64,000 nucleotides of DNA from contig JBHGNT010000007.1 of assembly GCA_043228905.1 (NCBI GenBank), positions 18,724,001 through 18,788,000 on the forward strand, given 5' to 3'. Origin of the DNA: Azolla caroliniana. Lineage: Eukaryota; Plantae; Polypodiophyta. The translations under genes were made by a program, and so were the position numbers. A model generated the notes under the pieces. It was not told the DNA's origin and did not search any database. It saw only the letters and a list, made by a program, of their open reading frames with translations. Below, in pieces: positions 36,995 to 50,900 of this stretch (positions are counted from its first letter, which is position 1; each line of letters opens with the position of its first letter).

Positions 36995-37600
36995 TTAGTA
37001 GTAAAGGTCGAGATCAAAAGAAAGGGTCCAATGAGCAGGTAATGTGGTGTTAATGCTCACGAGTTTCGAAACGGCTGCTCCACGTGCCGCAAGAAAGTCA
37101 CCGGTTCCACCTACAATTGCGAGGGTTCGATTTTGTAAGCTCTCATCTTCTTGCCCAAGTACAACAAGCGAGCCTGTAAATGGGCCCGAAGAAATCGTGG
37201 CCGTGAAGATGTGCAATAGGACGAAAGATTTTTGTGAGTTGATCACCCATGAACCTTGTGCAACCCCAATGTGTGTAGAATCGTTGGAAGCACCTATGGT
37301 GATGGGTGCCTCAAACGTAGCCCGAACACCAAAGCTGTAAGGGTTGGGTTGGGATAAATTGAAGGGTCCCGCACTGTAGACAGCCTCGAAGGCAGAGTTG
37401 TTGACAACGAAGGAATACATTTGGATGTGCATGTAGAAGGCGAAGTTAGCAGGACCTTGTGGTGGCTTGCGACGAGCTAAAACCAACATTGTGGGATTAA
37501 ATTGTGACATCGATTGCAATAGGATTAAAGCCACCATCAACGGAAAGTAAGTCATCTTGATCATGTCAATCCTAGACATCTTTGATAATCTCACCATCAT
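36995..37600 (-). CDS. Dirigent (DIR) family protein, secreted
   Basis: Signal-peptide-like YFPLMVALILLQS, then NFAFYMH, FG..ATFEAPIT.G..S..IGVAQG and LAIVGGTGDFLAARG dirigent motifs; intronless; TATA-like TATATATAAAG near 37725-37735; exact start ATG uncertain. Confidence 0.92.
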   Translation of the reverse strand: MMVRLSKMSRIDMIKMTYFPLMVALILLQSMSQFNPTMLVLARRKPPQGPANFAFYMHIQMYSFVVNNSAFEAVYSAGPFNLSQPNPYSFGVRATFEAPITIGASNDSTHIGVAQGSWVINSQKSFVLLHIFTATISSGPFTGSLVVLGQEDESLQNRTLAIVGGTGDFLAARGAAVSKLVSINTTLPAHWTLSFDLDLYY

Positions 37601-38894
37601 CGTGTTATTCCAAGGTTTAGGATGCAATATTTTGGGTTTGGGGCTACAATAAATGGATATAAGCTTTGGTGATTTTTTGGTTTTAGGGATACAATAAATG
37701 GATATAAGCTTAACACTTTACACCTTTATATATAGTGTTGGTTGGTCTTGATCGATCCATGAAATAGTCTTCATGTGTTAATACTTAGATTTTTTCAACC
37801 ATTTAATATTGTGACTTTGTCACATGCTCCAATATGCTTGAGATAGATTCTTTCTATATATATATATATATACACCATACTTTTTCTCATATAAGTCAAT
37901 ATTTGTGGAAATGAAATTTCCGTATTCAATATGATGGCTTGTAAAATACATAATCCATGATTGAAGGACGCACACCCTCACAACTATATGAAGGCTCCTA
38001 GGTTATTTATCGAATCCACATATTGTCTTTCAAAATTAAGGACAATAATTGTGGTAAAAAAGGTCACAAATAAGTTGTATACCACATTGTCAACTTCTAA
38101 AGCATATTATTCTAAAATTAAAAATACATTTCGAAAATATTTGTTAAGTCATATTTTATAAACATCTATTGAGTTTGTTGTGACCCTCTAGTTAATATTG
38201 TGTTTTTTCTAGTCTGTATCGAGTAGCATATTGTAGAATGCAAGAAAAATCATAAAATGGAATCTTGATTAAGTTATTCAACCATTGAGGGACATATATG
38301 TTAAACCCATTGAACACAAGAAAGGCATACAAGGACTTGCGATTAATCATCCACGTAACCTGAAAGCTTTGGTCAATCTAGTATTATCAACTATTAGATA
38401 TAGTTAATGATCACCTCAAAGTTGTTAGTTTATCCTCACATGCATGCTTAGAGTGCACATTTTGTGATAAGTAATATTAGCACTAGTAGTATGTAGGGGG
38501 CTAGGTCAGATTAAATGACAAGTTGATTATAAAAAAGGAATATCCCCACTACTATCAATTTACTTGCACGTTTAATGTGTCAATAAGACAAAAAACATAA
38601 TATAATATATGGATTCTCTTTCTCTTATAGTAAGTAAGACACTTTGACAATTATCTATGACAAATCAATTTTTGGTCGAGATCCCATCTAATTTCAAAGG
38701 TGTGAGTGCACATAAGGACAACAATTGTCATATACTCTCATGCATAGTTCTAGCCATACATCCCATTCGTGCCATACTCCTACGCCAATATTCGTATCAT
38801 ACAAATACATGAAAAGGCTTCGAGTATGATTGAAATCCATAGGCGGTACATAGATATAATCATATATACATACGGTGTACATACTATGTACATA

Positions 38895-38906
38895 GTGTGT
38901 GTGTGT

Positions 38907-39002
<96 letters not shown>
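38895..39002. repeat. (TG)n/(CA)n microsatellite at the LINE 3' end
   Basis: Short (TG)n followed by ~47 CA units. Confidence 0.95.
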
Positions 39003-39005
<3 letters not shown>

Positions 39006-40985
39006 ATTATATTATCGTCTTCGGAGGTCAAATATGACCTATGAGACCAAAAATATTACATTTCACGTGATACATGTGAAGGTGAGTAGCGACTCTCAAT
39101 GTTCAAGAACTTTACCAATGAATGTTGCAATCGAGAGTGCACATCGTGGTTGTGAGAGAAATTCGTGCAAGGATTGGGCTTGATCGAAGAGATGTGGAAA
39201 GCATGGTCGAATATGATCAAAGGTAGAGCATTGTATCAAAGTGTGATACTCAGACTCTTGAACTTGTTTAGGGCAAAGTGTGCATAGACGGTCACTCTCA
39301 TCACTTGTGCCCCAACGCCCCGTCTCACGTCTCAATGCGTGCGAGCTAAGTTGCATGGAAGCAATGGTTCGAATGGCAGATATCAAGATGGGCTCTAACA
39401 TGTATTGATGTGTATGGCTTCCCCGTTCCGCGAAGAATATGGTTTTGTAGTTAGGTGCAACATTTGTAGTATAATGTGTGAAGCGTGAGCCACCACATTT
39501 GTCCCATGTCATGATACATTGGCGTTGCAAAAAGGCCTCATTTACAGAGGAATCTAGTGACGCATCATGAAGCAAGTGTCTTGCATCCCATCTACCAAAC
39601 CATTTTTCTAAATCTTGCATCCAACTGGAACACAAAATTTTGCTTTTATGCGTCTTTTGGATCTTTTTGCTTGCTTCCCATGCAATTCTAGGAAGTCGAT
39701 GTGAGGGGCTTTTTTGAACCTTAAGCATGTATTAAACAACCCTTTCCATGGCCATGATGTCAATGGGAAGCGATCCCGTCTCAAGGAGGGCGTTTGTTTC
39801 TTAACTTATAGAAACTTTGTAAGAAAATGTTTTTGGACATTTTCAAACTCTTTCCACATAGATTTAGGGATGCTACCGCCCATACTTCCACCCCATAGAG
39901 AAGAACCGGGGTCACCAAAGTGTCAACAAGATATTTCTTGAGGACCCAACACTTAATATCTCCAAGATTGCATGTGTTCTCAAATGCATAATATGCTCGC
40001 TTACTCGCCTCTAAGCGGCGTGTGGAACATTCCTTCCATTTATGATTTGAAGGAACTTCAAGGCCAAGATATTTGAAGCTTTCCACACATTCAAGTGGCT
40101 CATTGTTGTACATAATGCATCGTTTATCTCTTTTTTGACTCTTCACAAGCATAATCTTTGTTTTAGAGCTATTGACACTTAATCTAGTATGCATGCAAAT
40201 TTTTTCCAATGCCTTCATAAGCTTTTGTGCATCTCTTGAAGTATTTGCAAAGAGCACTACATCATCCGCATATAACAAAAGCATAATCACAACATGCCCA
40301 ATGACAACTTCTTCAACACATTCTTCCTTTACAAACTTGGTAACCATTTCTTCTAATTCATCAATGCAAGACCAAATAATGTTGGTGAGAGTGGGCATCC
40401 TTGCTTAACACCAATAGTGCTATTGAAAAAATCTGAAAGTCTATCTCTCATACACACACAACATATAACCTTCTCGTATATTCGGGAAATTGCAAGCATA
40501 TATTCACTTGGCACCTCAAGTTCTTCCATCCACCTCCAAAGATGCTCATGAGGTACCATATCAAAAGCTTTCTTGAAGTCTACAAAGCAACAATATAAAC
40601 CTTTACCTCTAAGGCGACTTTCCTCCATTAATACTCGAAGAGTGACAAGATGATCAATGGGGCTATGGTGTTTTCGAAAATCAGCTTGTCCATAAGCTCT
40701 CTTACCATTTTTTTCTGCCCATACACTTATCTTTGATTCCATTATACATCCAAATAGTTTTGCCATTAATGAGCCAACCATGATGGTTCGATAGTTGTTT
40801 ACATTATTTACATCTCCGCCTTTATGTAAAGGTTTGATCAAATTTGTAGTCCAATCATATGGCATACCATGTTGCAATGCATCATTAAACATATCGCATA
40901 TCCATATATGTGCTTCCTTTCCCGTCCATTTGAGCATTTAAGCGTTTATACATTGAAGATCGCTTGCCTTTTGAGAGGCCAATTT
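39003..40985 (-). mobile_element. 5'-truncated RTE/RTEX-like non-LTR retrotransposon (RT plus C-terminal Cys/His motif), frameshifted
   Basis: ORFs 40353-40937, 39781-40398 and 39096-39728: FVDFKKAFD, GVKQGCPLSP, LLLYADD, FKYLG, SHALRRETGRW...CTLC...ESEYHTLIQC. Confidence 0.92.
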
Positions 40986-41020
40986 CTTAAGTCATATGCA
41001 TATATCTTCAATTGTAAAGA

Positions 41021-41066
<46 letters not shown>

Positions 41067-42679
41067 CTAAGGGTTTTGTCTGTGTGAGGGAGAGAGAAGC
41101 TCTGTCAGTCCTTGAGTGTGTGTATTGGATTTTGTAGAGAGAGGAGATCTGTTAGTTCTCGTGTGAGAGAGAGAGGGTATGTGTGTGTGTCAGACGTCAC
41201 TACTGTTTGCAATGAATTATGAATATCAGAAAAAAAACTAAAAAAAACCAAAAGGAAAAAAAAATCCAAACGAATGTCCTGTATCATATGCAAACGTATG
41301 CAAACGTTTGCGTACGTCCACCAATTTGGACGAATGTGAATATTAGGAACTATGCTCTCATGTATAATAGAAAGTTTGAATTTACACATATGTATATATC
41401 TCGATGAGTGTAACTCCATATGCCTATCTAGTCGATGCTGAATATTATCCTAGTAGGGTCAACCTTTGCACGATTGACCCACACAAAATTTTCGAACACG
41501 ATATCAAAGTTGAGACATTGATCTAGATTAAGAGAATTTAAGACTATATAGGTAGTCATTGTCTAGCATAACACACACACACACACACACACACATTATG
41601 ATCACACACGAAGAACAATGAACCAATGCCTCATTTCCAAATTATTTTTGAGTTCTCGAGGTATTGGGGGCTATGATTCAATTAGAGTATACCGAATGCC
41701 TTCACTTTTGATTCGCGAGTTGGGGCGAGAAAAAATGTTGTAAAGTTAAAAGGACTTATTTTGTGGCAATTGATAGTGCTAGAGAAGTCACAAAATCTCA
41801 ACGACGAAGAGAGAGAACTTAGCAAGGTCAAATATCGTCATATTCTTCATTTGAATTGGTGTGTAGGATGACATTGAGTTTGTAATCGTAGTAGTATTTG
41901 GTTCCCCATATGGGAACTAAGAAAAGAAGATTATGATCATGTTAATTGTTCCTTGGTTTCTAGGTTAATGCATACATATGTCATATGTCTTGCCTCATAT
42001 TTTGGAGTACATATGTCTTGCCTCATATTTTTATTAGGACAAGATGCAATGTCTCGAGTGATGCATAATGGGGGAATTACATCATATATTGCCCTCATGA
42101 GATTTGTTTGTCAAGGATACACACTTAGCCCATTGTTGTTACTCATTAATTGTTGGTGATGTTATCAATACTTGCAACTAATGGTGACATTGTTTGATAT
42201 CATTTTGTGAAAAGGTTTTCTTATGGAGAGTCATGATTGGTGGGCAACTATTAGGTTTAGCATTAAAAAGATGGGGCTAGGGTGTTGTTTCAATGTGTCG
42301 ATGCAATTTTACCTCTTGTTGATGTCGTTGGCCTAAGATTCGGACATGTGTATACAATTTCGGTGGCGAACCTCACAGAATCACCTCTATAAATCGATGC
42401 AATTTTACCTCCTGTCGATGTTGTTGGCCTAAGATTCAGACATGTGTATACAGTTTCGGTGGCGAACCTAGCAGAGGTAGTTGTCAAATACATCTGAGCT
42501 AATAGCTTAGTGTTATACAATTAATATTAATCTCTCTCTTACACTATCTCACTTTACTCTCTTGTACACTTAGTACAGAGAGGTCTAGCACCAACAAGAG
42601 AGATAGATTAACACTTGGTTTATTAATCACTATTGCTAATCTCTCTTGGCTCTTAATTACAACTAGGGAGGTAGAAACC

Positions 42680-44350
42680 AAATCACCCAAACAGGCCAAG
42701 GTACCGAAAGGTCACACAAGACTGACCAAGGCACCAACGAATCCGTCAAACAATCCCGAAGAAGGGGAGTATGACCAAACATCGCCGAAATCCTATACCA
42801 AGGGCGAGTCATCCAATAGGACTCCTGAAGACGGTTCAGCCAATACCGATCAGTTGACAGAGCAGATCGAAGGATCCGAACCAATGAACTTGGCACCCAG
42901 GAGAGTTGAACGAGTGAGATGGGCGACAGAGTTCTATCAACCGGGCCTGGACGCAAGCGAACCAATTGAACCAAGATCTTACGAAGAAGCTTTAGCCACG
43001 TCAGATGCCAACACATGGCTACAAGCCATGAGATCCGAGATGGACTCGATCCATCAGAATCAAACATGGGAGTTGGTCGAACTAGGGTTTAGGGTTTAGG
43101 AAGCCGTTGCCTTGCAAATGGGTCTTCAGATGTAAATATATATCTGATTCATGGAAGCCCAAATACAAAGCTCGACTCGTCGCAAAGGGATTCAAACAAG
43201 AACATGGGATCGACTACGATGAGATCTTCTCACCAGTAGTCAAGATGACCACCCTTCAGCTTCTACTCGGAGTTGTCATGACAGAAGGCCTAGAGCTTGA
43301 GCAATTGGACGTCAAGATGACATTCCTACACGGAGACTTGAATGAAGACATCGACATGTCTCAACCGGCAGACTTCACGACGATAGGGGAGGAAGGTCAC
43401 CTCGTATGTCGACTGAAGAAAAGCCTTTACAGCTTAAAACAAGTGCCAACTTGAATGTGGTACCAGAAGTTTGACTCCTACATTCGACAGCTTGGCTACA
43501 ACCGGTCTGACTTTGACCCATGTATGTACACTCGGCAACTGGCCGATGAGTTCCAGATCTATCTGATCCTTTATGTCGACAACATGATGATTGCAAGAAG
43601 CAATCAAGCCAAAATCGGAAAGCTAAAGTGGAGTCTTCACAACAAATTCGCGATGAAGGAACTCAGACAACTGGGCATGAGGATCAAGCGAAATCAAAAG
43701 ACAAAGACTCTTCGGCTCTCCCAGTCTGATTACATCTGAAAGGTGTTGAGGTGCTTCAAGATGGAGAACATGAAGCCAACACCAACACCGCTTCCGATGT
43801 TGATCCAACTATTGGAAAAAGATTGTCCTTCGATGGATAAGGAGAGAGAGCTCAATAGGAAGATATAATGTACGCAATGGTGGCGACCCAACCTGACCTT
43901 ACCTATGTCGCAGATGATCAGAAGTCGACATTAAGCTATCTCTTCACCTATGGCGGAGGCGCCATATCATGGAGGTATAAGCTTCAAGAGTGCACGACCT
44001 TGTCTACCACAGAGGCCGAGTACATAACAACATTGGATGCAGCAAAAGAAGTCATATGGTTGCACCGATTGTCAGCCAACTTCTCGGTGACAAGATGAAT
44101 CGACCATCCAACGCCAACCATCTATTGCGACTCACGGAGCGCAATACACCTCCTTCAAAATCCAGTGTATTATGCGAAGACAAACCACATTGAGGCGAGG
44201 TTTCATCATATCCAGGAGCTTGTAACAGACAAGAAGCTTGAAGTTCGAAAGATCGACATCAAGGTTAACATCGCCGATTGCCTAACGAAGCCACTCCTAG
44301 AACAACACTTCGGAGCACTAAGGACAATGATGGGACTATGACAAGCGACC
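42680..44350 (+). mobile_element. Degraded Ty1/Copia internal fragment (RT, RNase H)
   Basis: EPRSYEEA..WLQAMRSEMDS, YKARLVAKGFKQ..G.DYDEIFSPVVK, LILYVDNM, GAISW, LSTTEAEY; stops, frameshifts and deletions; LTR-like flanks (~42283-42660, ~44500-44970) not resolved. Confidence 0.9.
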
Positions 44351-44999
44351 GAGTAGAAGAGCGTTGAACGAGGAGTAGAAGGTAAGCCGAAGACCAACCC
44401 GATTGAACGAGCCAAAAAGGCAAAGTCCATAGAATCAGAATACCAAGAGGTTGAGGATGCAACGAGGAGCATAGGAGCAAGCACGAACGGGAGGTAGGAG
44501 AACAAGTTGATTCGGACACAGTCCGACTTGGACTAGTCGATCAAACCAACTCAAACTAGACAATCTGGATGACATGCGATTTGGATAACTAGCCGAATAA
44601 GTCTAGAGCATGACTTTCCCTTTGCAGATTCGGCTGAATGCCGAGAGTTTTGTGTGTATACTTGTAACTATAGATTAGATTCGTAATGTAGGTTCATGGG
44701 GGAGATAGCCCCAAATCATTTGTTGGCAAGAGTAGCCCTTTTACAGGGGATTTTGTTGGCATAAAAGGCCGATTCCTTCCACTTTGTACCTTTAGTGTGA
44801 ACACCTCTTTGAGTTAGAGCTCAAGTATATAAGTTCAAACCTAACATTGTCAAGAATTGTGGAGCGTAAGAGTTATAGAGAGAGAAAATAAGAACTTCCA
44901 TTGAATCTCTGAAGTTGTGTCCATCTTCTATCTCTCTTCTTGTTTCATACCTGTGTTGTTTGCTATACATCTTATTGAAGGTCCTCATACACATTCTTT

Positions 45000-46645
45000 C
45001 GCATATCTAAACTTCTACTTGCAATAGGTATCTCCATCAAATGGATGTGAAAAATGTGTTCCTTCAAGGTGAGCTAGAGGAGGAGGTGAACATGGTACAA
45101 CCACCTAGCTTCAAGTCGAAATCACATCCGAATGGCGTATGCCAACTCAAGAAGCCCCTCTACAGTCTCAAGCAAGCGCCATGGGCTTAACATTCAAAGA
45201 ATACGCAGTTTCTCCATCAAATCAGCTTTCGGATGTCCAAGTCTGACAATTCTTTGTTTATCCAAAGCAAATCAAGTGGTCAAATATTTATTATTATATA
45301 TGTCGTTGAGATATCAAGCTCAACTAGATTTAGTTAGTTAGTCAACACACGTAACGTAGTATAGCTACCTAGATAGAATCTAGTTAGTGTGTTGACCTTA
45401 AACCCTTAAACAGGATTTTGTACTTGAGTGGGATACATTGTAGATCCTCCACTCCCATGTTCATTTAATATAGGACCACACCTTTGTACCTATATTCCAC
45501 TCACACATGTGCACCTTTGCACATGAGATGTATATATACCTCATTGTGTGGGTATTTTTGTATTTGATGATGCTTTTTAATATACACTCTCGTTAATCAT
45601 CCCCCATTTATATTATTGTTCATAAGTGTATCTTCCTCTCTCTCTTCCTCTCACACACATACACACACATATCACATAACCTTTTGTTGCTTAACCTAAT
45701 CACATAATTAGGTACTAATTAACCCTTGCTTAATTACATAATTATTAACATATGTCAATGACTCGGTGATTGGTGTTGAACACATAGCTAAAATCAACAA
45801 GATTAAGATGCTCTCTAGGTAGTTCAAGATGAAAGACGTGAATGAACTTCATTACTTCTTGGGAATTGAGGTAATCTGAACTGGCAACGACATTATGCTC
45901 TCCCAATGCCACTACATCTTGAATCTTCTATTCAAGTTTGGCATGACAAACCACAAACCAATTTCGACTCCTTTAGATCGCAACTTCAAGTTGCATGCAA
46001 ACTTTGGCACACCATGTGAACCAACTCAATTTCGGCAAATAATTGGGAGTCTCATTTATGTAGCTATCACCCGACCCAACCTTAGCTATCTAGTCAGCCT
46101 CCTCAATCTATTCATGCAAACACCATGCGACGCGCATTTGAATTGTGTTAAGTGGGCACTAAGATATGTTAGTGGATCCCTGGATCAACGTATCTTCTAC
46201 AAAGCAGGAGTGGCTATTCGTTTGGAAGGATACAACGATGCCAATTGGGTTGTCAGTTTATCCGATCGACAGTCAACATCGGCTTTGTCTTCTCACTCGG
46301 AAGCGGAGTAATCTCATGGAGTAGCAAAAAGCAACCAACAATTGCATTGTCGAGCACCAAAGCTGAATACAGAGGCGTCACGTCACCATAGGCACTTTGT
46401 GAAGCCATTTGTTTAAAGCGGCTAATGAAGGACTTCAATGAATCGGTCGACGAACCAATACGTATCTACTGCAACAATCAAAGTAGTATACAACAAACTC
46501 GAAATCCAGTCTTCCATGCCCGAACGAAGCACATTGAGGTGCATTATCACTATGTTTGGGAACGTATCATCGCGGGAGACATCGATCTCCAACACATCGA
46601 TAGTGACCGACAAACGGTTAATATCTTCACCAAAGCTCTTAGAAC
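45000..46645 (+). mobile_element. Second degraded Ty1/Copia RT-RNase H fragment, interrupted by a solo LTR
   Basis: [55 protein letters not shown]. Confidence 0.9.
45304..45750. mobile_element. Solo LTR, family 1
   Basis: (C)GTTGAG...TAACA with perfect 5-bp TSD TATGT (45299-45303, 45751-45755), inserted in the YVND (YVDD) codons of the Copia RT. Confidence 0.9.
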
Positions 46646-46933
46646 GACTAATCGTCCATGTAACATGAAGGCTTTGGTCAATATAGTATTATTGTTGAGA
46701 TACCAAGCTCAACTAGGTTTAGCCATTTAGTCAACCATATAACTTAGTAGTTACATAAATAGGATCTAGTAAGTAAGTTGGCTATAAAGCCTTAAATAGG
46801 ATTTTGTAGCTTGTACTTAAGTGGGATTACATTCTAGATCCCCCATTACCAAGTTCATTTAATATAGGACTTACACCCTTATACATATATTCTCTTCTCA
46901 CATGTGCACCCTTGCACATGAGATGTATGTATA

Positions 46934-46969
46934 AACACATTCGCGTTCACAAGTGGAAGGATTGCGCAT
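46934..46969 (+). repeat. Left TIR
   Basis: AACACATTCGCGTTCACAAGTGGAAGGATTGCGCAT. Confidence 0.93.
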
Positions 46970-47319
46970 TCCACTTGTAGAACCTTCTTAAAACGAAGCA
47001 AATACACCCTCTCTACAAAAATTGGATGCACTAGTATCACATGTTGCTCAACTTGATGAGAATTTGCAAATATAAAAATACATGATAGGTCTACGAGTGG
47101 AGATCATTAGAAATCATGCAAGTTTAGACGCGTTGATAAGTTAATGTAGGCATAATAAAGTTCAACAATGGCTCAATATGTCACTACTGTGCGATAAGGG
47201 AAACACTAACTTAAAGACTTATATTAATTAGGTAAGTTTTACAAAAATATCAAGTGCACTTGTATCCATACTAATAAAATGAGTTATAGTTTATACTTTG
47301 ACCCATACGTGCATGTATG

Positions 47320-47570
47320 TAATTGTGGAAAATGTAGGATAGTGCACATTAGGATAAGTGATTGGAATAACTAACTTATTAAAGTATTCAATACTTGTAT
47401 TTAAAGTTGATCTAATCTATTCCTCAGTTTGTTTATATGGGATCAAACCATATGTATATAATTGTGGACAATGTAAGGCAGTGAACTTTAGGATAATGTC
47501 GTGGAAATAACAAACCTATTAAGCTTTCATACCTGTATTTAAAATTGATCTACTCTATTGCTTAGGTGAT
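47320..47570. repeat. Diverged ~140-bp direct repeat x2 inside the transposon
   Basis: AATTGTGGA.AATGTA...TAGGATAA...TGTATTTAAA.TTGATCTA.TCTATT at ~47320 and ~47460. Confidence 0.7.
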
Positions 47571-47979
47571 TCACACAGGATCAAACTCCGAACGATAACG
47601 CAACTGGAACCATTATCAACACACTACACAATCTAAGCAGCAATGGAATAGAAACATAATAGTTTTAACAATAGAAGACAAAGATCCATAATAACAACAT
47701 GGACAGTCATGGCAACAATTGTAGGGCCATGTTCTGTTAAGGTTAGCTTGGACCAAAATCAGCCTCAATTTAAACTAATTCATGTTTCTCCATAAATTTG
47801 GTAGTTAGCTATGCACGTGGTGAAACCAATGTCATAAATCTACTAACCAAGTATATAAAAATAAAATTGAAACATATAGAAGATTATAAAGAATAGAAAC
47901 CACTAGGTAAAACCCAAAATTTGTATTAATAATGTGAAATCCTAACAAATCGTCAGTGTCATTTTCTTCATAGAGTCTA

Positions 47980-50900
47980 TTACATAGCAATCAATTCATC
48001 GACGTCATTTTCTTCATCATCTTGTGTAGAACTCTCTTCGGCTATAGGTGCATTGGCTTCCCCTGTTAGCCGAGCCAACGAAATATCTTCTATAAGCTCA
48101 TCATCAAGCTCTATTAGCTCCCCCGGTTCGCCGGCTAACGGAGGAATAGGCTCTCGCGAAGCAAGTTGAAACCTTTCTGTATTAGCGAGGTTCTTTGCAC
48201 CGACCTCCTCATCCTGGTCTGGGCACTCCCACAAAGCCTTAATCCGCATATTAATAAATATAACCTGGTCCTCGTCCTTCTCCAATGCAACTGTATTTCT
48301 AAAGAGCTTCAATGCACATGCAGACGTCATTCCTGTGATGTAAGTAACAAGAAGATTTAGTTGTCAAACAAAAAAGATTCGGGATTGGTTATCTCAAGAT
48401 TGTTACTCTAGTTTGAGGAATACCTGTGCTAGAAAAGAGATCTAATATCCAGTCTCCTTCGATAGAAAACATCTCGATCAAGCGCATCATAAGTCGTTGA
48501 GGTTTTTGATATGGGTTGACAAGTCCTCGTTCTGTCATGGTGACATGTCGCAATTTCCGTGTCACTATTGGATATACCAACAGATTTGAACCTCCCACTT
48601 CATTAGAATGCTCCTTGATTCTCTATTTCTTAATTTCATCGAAGTAGCCAACTGTGATGTATTCAATGGCGTTAACGAACCGAAAAGTTGGCCCTCTATT
48701 TACATTGGTCTTGATCCTATAAAAAATAATACATCGAGTTAAGAATAGATTGAACAACCTTAAAAAATGCAATATAGTGAAAGACACCTATAAATAATCC
48801 TTACCATGCAAGGTTCTCGATGCCATGGCAACGAGATCTCAAAGCTTGAGCTACCGAGTATCCTTGGTCCATAGTATGAAAGAAAACTATTCGCCACAAG
48901 GATGCAGTCGTTAGCTCAGCGAAATCCTTGACCATCTTCTTCAATTATTTAAACCTAAACGATTCATCGTCGTATGATGACCCAGCCATTCGAAATCCGT
49001 AAGGAATATCTGCAATCATTAGCGTATATTCCTTCTTTGGCACCTTTTGGATCAAGTCGACGACATCACCGCAAACCACATTGTAGTAAAGATCTCTCGT
49101 AATATCTTTTTTGTGGCTAAATTTTTTTAAAGGAGCCATCTTCCTCCATTTCATACGCCTTGACTAAGCGACGATCCTTTTCTTTTCTGGCTCGCTCGAG
49201 ATGTGCAAGGAAGGATGTAGGGAAATCGTGTATATCCTTAACTTCTCCTTGTTTCTTGCCTCGACACGGTTTCTAATAGAAGCAATAGGACATCAGGTAT
49301 TATTATACAAGCTCTACATATAATGAAAGGGTAATGAAAAACCATCAATACTAACCCAATCCTTGAATGCAATAAAATACTCTGATAACGCCTTATATGA
49401 AGATGTTAGAGGATAATCCTCGGTCACTTGTTCCCAAGTTATACATCCAAGTTGTTTTATCATAACTTCTTGGATCTTCATGTACACCTTATGACTGTAA
49501 AATTAGAAATCAAGATTAGAACTTTGAATTACACTATATAGACTACAATTTCAGTATTTGAAAGACTTACTTATTGAACTCAGTGACCATTTCTTCAAGG
49601 CTTAAATCTTTCGCCACAACCCTTGACAAAACAGACACAAGAAGCTGCTCGTCCTTAATACCTTGCATCGCTCTCCACAGAGACAGCTTCATGTCGTCTG
49701 CGGCTTCTTCAATTGTCAAGTCAATTTTCTTGGCGGCTTGTGACTTTAACTCTAGTTGAGGGTCAACCTTACATTTCTTTTGTCGTTGACCCTTTACCTC
49801 CTTATTCTCCCACATTGAGAAGATTTGATCTTGTAGGTCCCATACTTCTCCATCTCTAAATGCCAATTGAAACCAAGACTTGTATTTTCGAAGACCATCG
49901 GACTTAACATTATCATCTACAACAATGCCGACTTCATGCAGACATTGACGTTGTAGGCCTGGATGTAACTTCACACCAAATTTTTGTTTCATGTCCAAAT
50001 ACTCGTGGTGGAAGAACCGTATACGCTCAATGGACGACATTTTCTGCCTATAGTCATTATCATTATTATGGTCCCATGCCAACAGCTTAGCCTCTTCGGT
50101 TGTGAGCCCAACATAAATTTTGCACTCGACATACTTGAAGAAGAATGTCGTTGGATGTTCTCTCACAAGTTGCCGACGTGCCTCCACTGAATGCGATCCA
50201 CCAATGACAAAGTAATTATATTTATCATGCTTTCTAATATCAAAATCTTCAATGGTTTCACATTCTTCAGGATCTACCATAACAATAAAAGGCACCACAG
50301 TGGCATGAGGATTAATTTTCATTTTTTTCTTGAGATTTTGAACATGCATGTGGTGTGGCTCTCTAATCTCAAGTGGTCGTCGACCTATTTTTTCATCAAT
50401 AGGGGGCCGATGGATGTGTGTTATAGGCAAATTAAACCCTTGCCCTTTCCTGACCAGTTTACGTTGCATTAACTCTCTCCTTATCTTATTCTGCTCGGAT
50501 GACAAAACACCCGATGCCAGCTCAGCTCCTGACGTCCCCTTATTGTCCTCCTCTTCGTTTTCACTTGTTGAATCGGTGTCCGACATTTTGGATGTCTTCT
50601 TCTTTGGTATTCTTGACTGGACTTTGGATACCCTTTTTGTGGCCTTCAATGGGGAGGGCACGTCATCTCTTAGAATTACATGGCCTTGTATATAAGGCCT
50701 CAAGGTAACAATAAGGTTTTGTGAGCTTTCAAGATATTTTTTGAACGCTTCTGGCCAACAAGATTCCTTTACTAAAAGATCTTTTGAAAGGAACACTTTA
50801 CGTACCCCCTTGGAGCACTCTATCATTACCAGTATGTTGGCCGAATATGCATCTTCGTAGTCAAATCGTAGAATACGGCCATACATAAATGGGGTTTCCT

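Noticed and set aside
38694-39183. ORFs with CV/TH dipeptide runs
   Set aside because: Translations of the (CA)n microsatellite
46930-46933. 2-bp TA TSD (Tc1/mariner-type) reading of the transposon ends
   Set aside because: The reconstructed empty site would be 2 bp shorter than in sister LTRs at 5361 and 45304; only a 4-bp TATA TSD restores the length, and the transposase lacks mariner motifs
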